Below, piece after piece: positions 45,013 to 54,653 of a stretch of 64,000 bases of DNA. The stretch is from an uncultured Mageeibacillus sp. (GTDB taxonomy: Bacteria; Bacillota; Clostridia; Saccharofermentanales; UBA5734): NCBI GenBank assembly GCA_964528645.1, contig CAZGSR010000006.1, positions 10,142 through 74,141 on the forward strand. The letters are read 5' to 3'. A model generated the notes under the pieces. The model was given only the letters and a program-made list of their open reading frames with translations, ran no database searches and was not told where the DNA came from. Position 1 is the first letter of the stretch. Each line of letters opens with the position of its first letter. The translations under genes were made by a program, and so were the position numbers.

Positions 45013-46220
45013 GAAAAGCTCCTTTCACGGATCTGATTCACGGTACAGTCCAGAATCCCGTCACTGAGCCAGATTTCCACCGGATCGCCGGTGTGAACCA
45101 GTGCCGTTGATACCAGGCTTTTGCCCTGTGCATCCCTTGCCACAGCATAACCCCGGGCCAGGACTTTCAAAGGGCTCAAGGCGTCCAGCTTGCCTGTGAG
45201 CACAGCAAAATTGCGTTCAGACCGGCTGAGCCGCGCTTGTTCGGCTGAACGTAATGCGTTGACAAGTGCTGTCAGATCGCGCTGCTCCGTTTCAATCCGT
45301 TTCAGAGGCTGGGCCAGGACAGGACGGCTGAGCAGCGCGTCGAGGCGCTGGCTTTCCAGCTGGCTCTTGCGACTGAGGGAATGGTGCAGGCGATTTTCCA
45401 AACGCCTGATTTTGTCTTCTTCATCACTCCGGACAGGCATGGCCAGTTCTGCCGCAGCAGAGGGCGTAGGGGCACGCAAGTCCGAGACAAAATCACAGAT
45501 GGTGAAGTCGGTTTCATGTCCGACCGCCGAGATGACAGGAATGCTCGAACGATAGATGCTGCGGGCAACAACTTCTTCATTAAACGCCCAGAGGTCTTCG
45601 AGCGAACCCCCTCCTCTGCCGACGATCAGGACATCAACCGATTGAAGTACATTGAATCGGTCGATCGCTGATGCGATGCTGGCAGCTGCGCCCTCACCCT
45701 GGACCTGGACAGGAATCAGCTGGAGACGGAAATTGGGAAAACGGCGGCCCAGAACCTGAATGATGTCTCTGATCACAGCCCCTGACGGTGATGTGACGAC
45801 ACCGATGGCCCTGGGCAGACGGGGAATCGGTTTTTTATGGGCCGGATCAAACAAGCCTTCGGCATCGAGCCGCTTTTTCATTTGCTCATAAGCCAAGTAC
45901 AAGTCACCAATACCATCGGCAGCCATCGCTGATACATACAGCTGGAATTTACCATCACGGTCATACAAGGAGGCTTTGGCTGTCACAACCACAGCGGTCC
46001 CGTCAATGGGCTTGAAGCGCAGCCGGACCGCCTGGCCTTTGAACATGACACAACTGACCTGGGCATTCTTGTCTTTGAGCGTAAAATACAAATGGCCGGA
46101 AGCATATGCCTTCAGGCCGGAGATCTCGCCTTTGACCTGGACTGCATTGAGATGCTCATTTTTCTCCAGGTATGCTGCGACATAGCGATTCAGTTCGGTG
46201 ACACTAATCGGCTGGCTCAT
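45009..46220 (-). CDS. xseA: Exodeoxyribonuclease VII large subunit
   Basis: 403 aa. N-terminal OB fold (VQVKGEISGLK..SGHLYFTLKD) and catalytic core GVVTSPSGAVIRD. Confidence 0.93.
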   Translation of the reverse strand: MSQPISVTELNRYVAAYLEKNEHLNAVQVKGEISGLKAYASGHLYFTLKDKNAQVSCVMFKGQAVRLRFKPIDGTAVVVTAKASLYDRDGKFQLYVSAMAADGIGDLYLAYEQMKKRLDAEGLFDPAHKKPIPRLPRAIGVVTSPSGAVIRDIIQVLGRRFPNFRLQLIPVQVQGEGAAASIASAIDRFNVLQSVDVLIVGRGGGSLEDLWAFNEEVVARSIYRSSIPVISAVGHETDFTICDFVSDLRAPTPSAAAELAMPVRSDEEDKIRRLENRLHHSLSRKSQLESQRLDALLSRPVLAQPLKRIETEQRDLTALVNALRSAEQARLSRSERNFAVLTGKLDALSPLKVLARGYAVARDAQGKSLVSTALVHTGDPVEIWLSDGILDCTVNQIRERSFS

Positions 46221-46629
46221 CGCCAGGTTCGCCTTTCATCTGGCTGATCTTGCCCAGAACAGCATTGATGTAGTTTTTTGATTCTTCGCTGGAATATTTC
46301 TTGGCCAGCAAGACGGCTTCGGAAATGGCTACATTGGCAGGAATATCCGGGCGATAGGCCATTTCATAAACAGCGAGCCTCAGGATGGTCAGGTCAATCC
46401 TGGGCAGACGGTCGATGGTCCAGCGCTTCAGAAGCGGGGCAATCCGCTCATCCAGGACCGTTTTGTGGTCAGAAACACCCTCGACCAGGGCCAGCAGGTA
46501 GTCCTGGTCATTTTCTCCAACTTCACGCTCTGACAGGAAATCAGCCAGCTGGCGTGTCTCATCACCCTTCTGGATTTCCAATTGGTACAAGAACATGAAC
46601 GCTTTTTCGCGTGATTCGCGACGACTCAT
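46204..46629 (-). CDS. nusB: Transcription antitermination factor NusB
   Basis: 141 aa. SRRESREKAFMFLYQ N-terminus and AVLLAKKY..EES.NYINAVL. Confidence 0.92.
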   Translation of the reverse strand: MSRRESREKAFMFLYQLEIQKGDETRQLADFLSEREVGENDQDYLLALVEGVSDHKTVLDERIAPLLKRWTIDRLPRIDLTILRLAVYEMAYRPDIPANVAISEAVLLAKKYSSEESKNYINAVLGKISQMKGEPGDEPAD

Positions 46630-46644
46630 GGTTGATCGATCCTT

Positions 46645-46881
46645 CTACCGGAATTTTCCCGGTGGTAAAATTTTATCAAGCAGATTGCGGAAGTCTTCGG
46701 GATTTGAAAACAGCCGGCTGCCCAGATAATAGCCACTCACAGTCATGGCCAGGATGAAGACGGTTCTCCAAAAGCCAAAAATGACCAGCGACAGGGACAA
46801 AGATAAACCGAAACCAGCACCCACAAGCGCCGGGTTCTTGTCTTTCAAGACCGAATTGAGATTCTGCCAGACACTTTTCAT
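46645..46881 (-). CDS. DUF2273 small membrane protein
   Basis: 78 aa with two hydrophobic helices. Conserved third member of the Asp23-AmaP-DUF2273 operon. Confidence 0.7.
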   Translation of the reverse strand: MKSVWQNLNSVLKDKNPALVGAGFGLSLSLSLVIFGFWRTVFILAMTVSGYYLGSRLFSNPEDFRNLLDKILPPGKFR

Positions 46882-46887
46882 GTCAGG

Positions 46888-47439
46888 TCAGCGCTCGACC
46901 CGGGCAGCTACAGGCTCGACCCGGGATACTTTGACCAGGACCTGGCCAACGGAAATACCCGTGTAGCGTTCAATATCTTTTTTGATACGCTCCTGAACCT
47001 TAGCCATCATGACTGGCACTTCCACATCCGAATACAAGACGGCAGACAAATGGATGATGATTTTATCCCCTTTGAATGGGGCAACACGTGCCTTGGCTGT
47101 CTTGATCCCACACTGGGCAGTCTTGGCCGAATTGAGGGCGATACTCTCAATCGCATCGACACCAATGTCGATTTCACCGATCTCGTTGGAACGGACACGC
47201 GTGCGCCGCAATCGTCCACTCATGATGGCATACACCAGGGATGTCAGTGAGACAACGATGACAAGAATCGCCAGCAACAGGCCAGCCAGACGCGAAGAGG
47301 TCTGCTCCGTCAGTCGAGTCAGGACCAGGATCATGGCACCCAGGACATCTGAGCTCAGGAGCATCATCAGAAAGATAAAGGTGAACACAGTCAGGATAAA
47401 AGAAAAAAGGATCAGGGCTGTGCGGACCAGTGGATTCAT
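46888..47439 (-). CDS. amaP: Alkaline shock response membrane anchor protein AmaP
   Basis: 183 aa with two N-terminal TM helices plus a soluble domain. Lies immediately downstream of the Asp23-family gene with a 4-nt overlap. Confidence 0.7.
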   Translation of the reverse strand: MNPLVRTALILFSFILTVFTFIFLMMLLSSDVLGAMILVLTRLTEQTSSRLAGLLLAILVIVVSLTSLVYAIMSGRLRRTRVRSNEIGEIDIGVDAIESIALNSAKTAQCGIKTAKARVAPFKGDKIIIHLSAVLYSDVEVPVMMAKVQERIKKDIERYTGISVGQVLVKVSRVEPVAARVER

Positions 47440-47816
47440 TTGCGGCTTTCCTCCCTCGTGATCACACCCTTGACATGAACATGAACAGCATCAACAATCA
47501 AGCCCGTATATTTTTCGACGTCAGCCTTGACCCGCTCCTGGATCGACCAGGCGACCTCTGGCAGGATCGAACCAAAATAGATCACAGGATAGACGGTGAT
47601 CGTGACCAGCTCATCGTGCTCAGGCTGGAAGACAACCGTCACACCTCGTCCTTCATGTTCGATGCCGATCGATTCTTTCAGCGTGACCAGACTGCCCGGC
47701 TCCAGATCGGCCACACCGGCGGTCTGGAGGGCAGCCTGGGCAGCATACTGGGCCACGAAGCCTTTCGACATCGTGCGTTCACCGCGGATCGCATGGGCCC
47801 TGCCTGTCTCTGGCAT
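47436..47816 (-). CDS. Asp23/Gls24-family envelope stress protein
   Basis: 126 aa. The sequence composition (..IAAQAALQTAGV..., ..V.V.V.GV) is typical of Asp23/Gls24. Confidence 0.8.
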   Translation of the reverse strand: MPETGRAHAIRGERTMSKGFVAQYAAQAALQTAGVADLEPGSLVTLKESIGIEHEGRGVTVVFQPEHDELVTITVYPVIYFGSILPEVAWSIQERVKADVEKYTGLIVDAVHVHVKGVITREESRK

Positions 47817-47822
47817 CGATCG

Positions 47823-48386
47823 TCAGGCTTTGACGCGTTCCATGTATTCGCCCGTACGGGTATCGATGCGGACGAGATCACCCTGGTTGACAAACAACGG
47901 CACCTTGATGGTTGCGCCGGTCTCAACGGTTGCACTCTTGGTAGCGTTCTGGGCGGTGTCGCCTTTAACCCCCGGATCACAATCCGTTATTTCCAGCTCG
48001 ACAAAAATCGGCGGTTCAATGGCGAAAACGTCACCTTTGTAGGAAACCACTTTGCAGACCATGTTTTCCTTGAGGAACTTCAGGGCATCACCGATAGCCG
48101 CACCTGAGAATGGCACCTGGTCATAGGTGTCGACATCCATGAAATAATACAGATCACCATCATTATAAAGATAGTTCATGTCCCGGCGTTCCAGCTGGGC
48201 CTGCTCGAACTTGTCGGAAGGATTGAAGCTGCGTTCAACCACACCGCCAGTCTTGACGTTGCGGTATTTGGTCCGGACAAAGGCCGCACCCTTGCCTGGC
48301 TTGACATGCTGGAATTCGATCACCTGGTAAACCTGGCTATCCATTTCAAATGTCACACCGTTGCGAAAATCACCTGCACTGATCAT
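47823..48386 (-). CDS. efp: Translation elongation factor P
   Basis: 187 aa. [10 protein letters not shown]..., with the [12 protein letters not shown] loop. Confidence 0.96.
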   Translation of the reverse strand: MISAGDFRNGVTFEMDSQVYQVIEFQHVKPGKGAAFVRTKYRNVKTGGVVERSFNPSDKFEQAQLERRDMNYLYNDGDLYYFMDVDTYDQVPFSGAAIGDALKFLKENMVCKVVSYKGDVFAIEPPIFVELEITDCDPGVKGDTAQNATKSATVETGATIKVPLFVNQGDLVRIDTRTGEYMERVKA

Positions 48387-48448
48387 ATAAACCTCCCGAC
48401 CGGTCTCTTAACGTTAAAATCCAGCCTCATGCTAAAAAATTCTACATT

Positions 48449-48478
48449 ATTCTAGTTGATAGGGCACGACCTTGGCAA
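48449..48478 (-). promoter_or_regulatory. Candidate efp promoter
   Basis: Minus strand TTGCCA (48478-48473), 18 nt, TAGAAT (48454-48449). Confidence 0.5.
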
Positions 48479-48489
48479 GCGTTTTGTTC

Positions 48490-49017
48490 TCACGACTGAG
48501 GCCACAAGGATTGATCTTTGACATAGCGGCGCAAAAAGGGCGCTTCGAACCAGCGTTTAAAGGCAACATTCCAGACCTCGCGGGAATCGAGCGGTAAAAC
48601 GAGGATGGCCAGGATCTGGGCTCTCCTGGCAGCCAGAATGTCTGTAAACAGCTGGTCACCAATCATGGCTGCTGCTGAAGGTTCAAACCCAGCCTGGCGG
48701 CATGCCCGGAGCAGGCCACTGGCAGAAGGTTTGTTTGCCATGCCGATGCAATCGATCCCCAGGCCTGAAGCAAAGGACCGTGCCCGCGATGTCCTGGCAT
48801 TCGAGACAATGAACGGGACCAGACCTGCATTCTGAATGGCCTCAACAGCTCTTCTTGCATAAGTATCGGGGTGATGGGATCCATGGTGGACCAGGGTATT
48901 ATCGATATCTAAGAGAACCAGATCGACTCCCTGTGCCTTGAGCATGCGAAAATCAACCTGTGCGATCGACCGGTAGATCCGGTCCGGTTTCAATTTTTCT
49001 GACAGGAAATGAATCAA
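48490..49017 (-). CDS. yqeG: YqeG-family HAD-IIIA phosphatase
   Basis: 175 aa, TTG start with AGGGGG upstream. HAD motif I LLDIDNTL. Also SNA and GDQLFTD. Confidence 0.85.
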   Translation of the reverse strand: MIHFLSEKLKPDRIYRSIAQVDFRMLKAQGVDLVLLDIDNTLVHHGSHHPDTYARRAVEAIQNAGLVPFIVSNARTSRARSFASGLGIDCIGMANKPSASGLLRACRQAGFEPSAAAMIGDQLFTDILAARRAQILAILVLPLDSREVWNVAFKRWFEAPFLRRYVKDQSLWPQS

Positions 49018-49144
49018 TGGAACCCCCTGATCCGTTTGCCGGAACGTATTTATATATCAATCTGCAACCTGTGCTGTCATGATCCACAAGGATGTCCTGT
49101 TCCTTCCAGTATCGGCCAAGTGACGCACCAGTTCAAGTCTTTGC

Positions 49145-49173
49145 TTGAAATCATGGTCCCCCTTCCCTATAAT
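49145..49173 (+). promoter_or_regulatory. lysC promoter
   Basis: TTGAAA (49145-49150), 17 nt, TATAAT (49168-49173). This leaves only about a 25-nt leader with AAGGAG. Confidence 0.6.
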
Positions 49174-49202
49174 TGGTGTGATTAAACAAGGAGTCATATT
49201 AC

Positions 49203-50555
49203 ATGAAAGTCTGCAAGTTTGGTGGTACGTCCCTCGCAAATGCCGAACAGATCCGTAAAGTCTGTGACATCGTCCTCAGTGACCCTGAACGCAGGATCAT
49301 GATCGTATCCGCACCGGGCAAACGCACCCGGGAAGACATCAAAGTGACAGATCTCCTGATCGCACTGGCAAATGCCCGGATCAGTGGCTATGACGGCGAG
49401 AGCGAACTGGCCTCTGTTGTCCGTCGCTTTGCCGATATCGCTGAGGAGCTCGAGCTCGGTCCGGAGATTGTCGCTACCATAGAACAGGACCTTCGCGTCC
49501 GCATCGAAGCTGATCCTGCCAATTCGCTCAAATTTATGGACTCCCTCAAAGCCGCTGGCGAAGACAACTGTGCCCGACTGGTCGCGGATTATCTCCAGAG
49601 CATCGGCAAGAAGGCTCAGTATTTCGACCCGAAAACAACAGGCATGATTCTCAGTGACGAATTTGGCAATGCCCAGGTCCTGGACGAATCCTACCCCCGG
49701 CTCGCCCAGCTCAGGGATTATTCGGGCATCGTTGTGTTCCCGGGATTTTTTGGTTACACCCGCTCAGGTGAGGTCGCCACCTTCTCGCGCGGCGGTTCGG
49801 ACATCACCGGGTCGATTCTGGCTGCAGCAGTCGAGGCAAAGGTCTATGAAAACTGGACTGACGTCGATTCTGTCTATGCCGTCAATCCCAACCTCGTCAG
49901 CAATCCCCACGCCATTTCGGAGATCACCTATGACGAAATGCGGGAGCTGGCCTACGCCGGTTTTACGGTCCTGCACGAGGAAGCCCTGACGCCCGCCTAC
50001 CGCAAAGCCATTCCGGTCAACATCCGCAACACCAACAACCCGTCCGCCCGTGGAACCATGATCGTGAAGAGTCGTATCAATTTTGACAGCATCGTCACGG
50101 GAATTGCCGGAGCCAAGGGTTTTTGCACCTTGAACATGTCCAAATACCTTATGAACCGGGAAGTTGGCTTTGCTTTGCGTGTCCTCCAGATCCTGGCTGA
50201 TGAATTCATTCCCTTTGAGCATATGCCATCCGGTATAGACTCTCTGTCCATTGTCATGCGCCAGGAAGTCTTCACCCCTGAGAAAGAAAAACACGTCGTG
50301 CGCCGTCTGGTCGATGAGATCGGCATCGAGAAGATCTCGGTGGACCGCAACCTGGCCATTGTCATGATTGTCGGCGAAGCCATGGCCCATACCGTCGGTG
50401 TCACCGCCCGGGCAGCCAATGCCTTGTCCAAGGCCGGGGTCAACCTCGAGGTCATCAACCAGGGTGCCTCGGAAATCAGTGTCATGTTCGGAGTCCGCGA
50501 AGAATATTGCAATTATGCGGTCAAGGAATTGTACAAGGAATTCTTCAACCGTTAA
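49203..50555 (+). CDS. lysC: Aspartate kinase (monofunctional, about 450-aa class)
   Basis: 450 aa. MKVCKFGGTSLA N-terminus, amino-acid kinase fold, and two C-terminal ACT-like repeats. Confidence 0.92.
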   Translation: MKVCKFGGTSLANAEQIRKVCDIVLSDPERRIMIVSAPGKRTREDIKVTDLLIALANARISGYDGESELASVVRRFADIAEELELGPEIVATIEQDLRVRIEADPANSLKFMDSLKAAGEDNCARLVADYLQSIGKKAQYFDPKTTGMILSDEFGNAQVLDESYPRLAQLRDYSGIVVFPGFFGYTRSGEVATFSRGGSDITGSILAAAVEAKVYENWTDVDSVYAVNPNLVSNPHAISEITYDEMRELAYAGFTVLHEEALTPAYRKAIPVNIRNTNNPSARGTMIVKSRINFDSIVTGIAGAKGFCTLNMSKYLMNREVGFALRVLQILADEFIPFEHMPSGIDSLSIVMRQEVFTPEKEKHVVRRLVDEIGIEKISVDRNLAIVMIVGEAMAHTVGVTARAANALSKAGVNLEVINQGASEISVMFGVREEYCNYAVKELYKEFFNR

Positions 50556-52422
50556 ACTGGGACCGCGCCTCCTGGTCAATGACCAGGCTGGCCTCAAAAA
50601 AGCGATCCAGGCGATAGAGTCCAGGATGGGTCAGGCTAAAGCCGCTCACCTGGACTTTGTCTGTGTAGACGGTGTCTTCATTCCGGACAATGTAGGGAGT
50701 AGCCCCCAGTCCGCTGAAGACTCGGATCCCCTGGCCTGCCAAAAACTGGCGCCGGGGATCGTCGGCCTGAAGTACAGCCCCGTTGGGGAAGGATAAAGCC
50801 GTTACAGGTCCTGTCAAAGGTTCGATCTGGGACTGCCATTTGGCCCAGTCCGACTGGACTTGCTCCAGACTGGCATTCTGGAGATTGATCATGCCATAGG
50901 TCGAAGTGCCGATCTGCCATCCTGTCCTTGACAGCTGGTGGATGATGGCCTGGACCTGGGTGCGATTGGCTGCATAGTCCGCCGGACCCAGAACGAGTTC
51001 CGGGTAGCCCAAAGCGGCCAAGGCCCGGTTTTTATCGTCGAGCTGATCCGGATCAGTCACCTGTCCGAAAATCCCTTCGTAGCCGGACAGCGTGATCAAT
51101 CCCTTGGCCCCATCAAATGAGAAATCCGGATGTGACTCCACAAAAGCATCGAGGATACCAATGGCCTCGGATTCACGCCTGACGATCAGGTTGCCATCCG
51201 GTCCAGGCCATACTCCACAGACGAGTCCGGATGCATCCAGCTGTAAATCCCAGCAATTGCCTGTCTCTCTGCGGGTGACGAAATAATTCAGCCCTTCCAG
51301 AACCAGAACCAGTGGCTTCTTGCCCTCCGGCAGTTCGAGCGCAAACCGCTCCCCTGCCCCGGTCATCAGGCGGGTCTGGTCTACCAGGATGTAGTCATTA
51401 TCATACAGCGCTGCCAGAATGCGTTCGAATTCCAAGGTCGTCAGCATGGTGTCAAAAGCAGCTGCCGCATAGGGATCCCGGTCGAAAGCCGTAACCGGAT
51501 CCACGATCAGCGGCTTGATCACCAGATGCTCAATGGCGCCACGGAAGGTTTCCAGTTTGCGGGGTATTTTCTGGCTGCATTGGTCCAGCGCAGCCAGGAC
51601 GGCCCGGTCACCCGGGAAGACAATCTGCAATTGCTGCAGTTGGCCATAGGCTGTGACCGTACGGTTCTGGTCCACCAGATCGAGGGCATCATCCAGCAAT
51701 GGCTGATACATGGCAGTTTTGCAAGCCTCCAGTTTCTGGCGGGCAAAGTCCTGGGCAAAGGTTCCTGATCCGGCAGTATCAGCTAGTTCAGACCAGGCCG
51801 CATAGGCTTCGTACCACTGGTTATGCAGCAGCTTCTGGTCTGCAGCCATGAAGGCTGGTTTCAAGTCTGGCCAGGTTGCATATTCGTTGCTCAGGGGGTG
51901 TACACTGTCTTTGAGATTTGGCAGGTCGGATAACTGGCTGATGGCCAGAGCCAAGGTCGTGTATTCGCTCTCGCCCATCAGGTAGGCACGGCTCAATTCC
52001 CTGGCAAACCGGGACAGGCGCAAGCCGGACAATTCGCCCAAACCGACAATGAATGCCTGGTCTGCGGCTGCAAGAGGCTGGTCCTGCAGCAGCTGGCTTT
52101 CGATGAACTCGAGACGGTCAGACAGCAAGGATTCCAGTTCCACCAGGGTTTTCTGGTAGGGATTCCCCCCCTGTCCATTCTGCGAGGGTTGCACGGCATT
52201 GGCTTGGACATCACGGTAAATCTCGAGCGCCCTGACGTATTCCTCGGCCACAAGGGCCGATTCAAAATCAGCCCGGGCGAGTTCAGCGCTTTTCTGATTG
52301 CGTGCGATCAGGAACAGGACGATGCTGGCAAGCACAAGCACAGCAGCCAGACTGAGCAACAGGACTGTCTGGAGCCGGGACCTGGATTCTCTGGACGAGC
52401 GGACGTAGAGTTGGTTTGCCAT
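50545..52422 (-). CDS. Hypothetical membrane-anchored protein: helical N-half plus a C-half that looks like a degenerate NodB/polysaccharide-deacetylase-type domain
   Basis: 625 aa with a single N-terminal TM helix (LQTVLLLSLAAVLVLASIVLFLIA). In the C-half, ESHPDFSFDGAKGLITLSGYEGIFGQ resembles (from memory) Firmicute 'polysaccharide deacetylase family' proteins. The expected His pair is replaced (GWQIGTSTYGM). The start lies 2 nt after the parC stop. Confidence 0.5.
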   Translation of the reverse strand: MANQLYVRSSRESRSRLQTVLLLSLAAVLVLASIVLFLIARNQKSAELARADFESALVAEEYVRALEIYRDVQANAVQPSQNGQGGNPYQKTLVELESLLSDRLEFIESQLLQDQPLAAADQAFIVGLGELSGLRLSRFARELSRAYLMGESEYTTLALAISQLSDLPNLKDSVHPLSNEYATWPDLKPAFMAADQKLLHNQWYEAYAAWSELADTAGSGTFAQDFARQKLEACKTAMYQPLLDDALDLVDQNRTVTAYGQLQQLQIVFPGDRAVLAALDQCSQKIPRKLETFRGAIEHLVIKPLIVDPVTAFDRDPYAAAAFDTMLTTLEFERILAALYDNDYILVDQTRLMTGAGERFALELPEGKKPLVLVLEGLNYFVTRRETGNCWDLQLDASGLVCGVWPGPDGNLIVRRESEAIGILDAFVESHPDFSFDGAKGLITLSGYEGIFGQVTDPDQLDDKNRALAALGYPELVLGPADYAANRTQVQAIIHQLSRTGWQIGTSTYGMINLQNASLEQVQSDWAKWQSQIEPLTGPVTALSFPNGAVLQADDPRRQFLAGQGIRVFSGLGATPYIVRNEDTVYTDKVQVSGFSLTHPGLYRLDRFFEASLVIDQEARSQFNG

Positions 52423-52424
52423 CG

Positions 52425-54626
52425 TTAAATGCCATCCAGGCCAACTTGCCGGTTTTCCAGCGTGCTTTCCTTCAGATAGGTTCCAACCGCAGGCAAGGTC
52501 TTGGCCCGGTAATAATTGGGTTCGATGATGGCTGTTTCCACAAGGCGCTTCAAACTGGTCATGGTGCTGCCCTTTTTAGCCAGCAACACTTGCACGCCTT
52601 GCGTTGTCCGGGTTGTTTTGATCGGTACCAGTTCACTGTTGAAGACCAGCACTTTGCGGATGCTGCTGACAGCAACAAAATCTTCTGGATCGGTCAGGAA
52701 GCAGATGGCCGTTAAAGGGGAAGCCGTACTGAAAGCGTTGACCAGCTTTTTGCGGTTGGTTTTGGTTTCGTAAGATTGGCAAGGCAGGCGCACCAGTTTG
52801 CCATTGGAAAAGCCGATCAGGAACTGGCCGGAATAATCTTCAGTCAGGTGAATGAAGACAACTCGTTCACCTTCATCCAGGCTGAGCAGGTTAGGTGTAT
52901 ATTCACCGAAATCCGATGGTTTGTGGTCCTTGATTTCAAAGACTTTCATCTTGTAGACATTGCCCTGATTGGTAAACAGCAGCAGGTCCATCTTGTTTTT
53001 GCCTTCGATCTCCTGAACGATCTGGTCATCTTCTTTCGTTTTGAGATCTCCCGCGCTGCGCAGAGAGGTCAGCGGGATTTTCTTGATGTAGCCATGATCG
53101 GTCAGGAAAATCCTGAGCTTGAAGTCCTCGATCAATTCATGATCAGCGATGCGTTCGACATCGTCCGTGTGGACCAGAGTCGTCCTTCGCTCACGGCCAT
53201 GCTTTTTCGCCACAGCCTTGAGCTGCTCGATGATTTTACGGTCGATTTTCTCCTGGTCCCCCAGAAGGTCCTGCAGAGCAGCAATTTCCTCGGCCAACGC
53301 CTTGATGTCAGCGATCCGCTGTAGCAGATACTGGCGGTTCAGCTGGCGCAGGCGGATTTCAGCGACGTACTCAGCCTGGATGGCATCGATGGCAAAGCCG
53401 TCCATCAGGTGCGGGATGACGTCACTTTCCTGCTCGGTTTCCCGGATGATCTTGATCGCCTTGTCGATATCAAGCAGGATCAGTTCCAGGCCCTGGAGCA
53501 AATGGAGGCGGTCCTGCTTCTTGCCCAGCTCATAAGCGATCTCGCGCCGCAGGCATGACCTGCGCCAGGCATGCCACTCGCCGAGGATCGAACGGATGCC
53601 CATCACTCGGGGGGTCCCATTGACCAGGATATTGAAATTGCAGGCAAACGAGCTTTCCAGCGAGGTCAGGCGGAACAGCTTTTGCATCAGGGCCTGGGGA
53701 TCGGCTGATCGTTTGTAGTCAATCGTCAGTTTGAGGCCTTCGAGGTCGGTCTCATCCCGGACATCATTGATTTCCTTGATCTTGCCGGTCTTGACCAGAT
53801 TGGAGATGTCATCGATGATCGCTTCGACCGTCGTCGTGTAGGGGATCTGCAGGATTTCGATGTAGCCATTTTTTTTGTCGACCTGGTAAGTGGCCCGCAG
53901 CTTGAAACTGCCCCGGCCGGTCTGGTAGATCTGGCGGATCTCCTGCGGGTGGTAGATCAGTTCTGCTCCGGTTGTAAAATCGGGTGCCTGCAGATGCTCC
54001 TCGATGTCGCAGCCCGGATCCCGGATATAGGCAATCGTAGCCGCACAGACTTCAGAGAGATTGAAGGAGCAGATATTACTGGCCATACCGACAGCAATCC
54101 CCTGGTTGCTGTTGACCAGGATCGAGGGGAATGTGGCCGGTAACAGAACGGGTTCCTTCATGGTCCCGTCATAGTTGTCAACCAGATCGACACTGTCTTT
54201 GTCCAGGCCAGCGAAGATCTCCTGGCAGATCGGATCGAGGCGCACCTCCGTATAACGCGCGGCAGCGTAATGCATGTCTCGCGAATAGATACGGCCGAAA
54301 TTGCCCTTGGAATCGACATAGGGATGCAGCAGGGCATCATTTCCGCGGGTCAGGCGCACCATGGTTTCATAGATGGCCTGGTCGCCATGGGGATTGAGCT
54401 TCATGGTCTGACCGACAACATTGGCCGATTTCGTCCGGTTACCTGACAGCAAGCCCATCTTGTACATGGTATAGAGCAATTTGCGATGCGAGGGCTTGAA
54501 GCCGTCGATCTCCGGGATGGCCCGCGAGACAATGACGCTCATGGCATAGGGCATGTAATTGTTTTCCAGGGTCGCCGTGATCGGCTCCTGGTGGATGGGT
54601 GCAGGAAGGGGGGCTGGTTTGGTCAT
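52425..54626 (-). CDS. parC: Type IIA DNA topoisomerase subunit A, topoisomerase IV (ParC)-like
   Basis: 733 aa. N-terminus YAMSVIVSRAIPEIDGFKPSHRKLLY. Active-site Tyr region HYAAARYTE. Shorter than typical GyrA, and follows parE. Confidence 0.85.
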   Translation of the reverse strand: MTKPAPLPAPIHQEPITATLENNYMPYAMSVIVSRAIPEIDGFKPSHRKLLYTMYKMGLLSGNRTKSANVVGQTMKLNPHGDQAIYETMVRLTRGNDALLHPYVDSKGNFGRIYSRDMHYAAARYTEVRLDPICQEIFAGLDKDSVDLVDNYDGTMKEPVLLPATFPSILVNSNQGIAVGMASNICSFNLSEVCAATIAYIRDPGCDIEEHLQAPDFTTGAELIYHPQEIRQIYQTGRGSFKLRATYQVDKKNGYIEILQIPYTTTVEAIIDDISNLVKTGKIKEINDVRDETDLEGLKLTIDYKRSADPQALMQKLFRLTSLESSFACNFNILVNGTPRVMGIRSILGEWHAWRRSCLRREIAYELGKKQDRLHLLQGLELILLDIDKAIKIIRETEQESDVIPHLMDGFAIDAIQAEYVAEIRLRQLNRQYLLQRIADIKALAEEIAALQDLLGDQEKIDRKIIEQLKAVAKKHGRERRTTLVHTDDVERIADHELIEDFKLRIFLTDHGYIKKIPLTSLRSAGDLKTKEDDQIVQEIEGKNKMDLLLFTNQGNVYKMKVFEIKDHKPSDFGEYTPNLLSLDEGERVVFIHLTEDYSGQFLIGFSNGKLVRLPCQSYETKTNRKKLVNAFSTASPLTAICFLTDPEDFVAVSSIRKVLVFNSELVPIKTTRTTQGVQVLLAKKGSTMTSLKRLVETAIIEPNYYRAKTLPAVGTYLKESTLENRQVGLDGI

Positions 54627-54653
54627 GGAGAAACTCCTCGTTAGCGCGAAAAC

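Noticed and set aside
49018-49202. Looked for an L-box (lysine) riboswitch or T-box leader in the 185-nt region upstream of aspartate kinase
   Set aside because: A near-consensus promoter (TTGAAA, 17 nt, TATAAT) sits only about 30 nt before the start codon. That leaves no room for a roughly 180-nt riboswitch, and no terminator or antiterminator hairpin is present.
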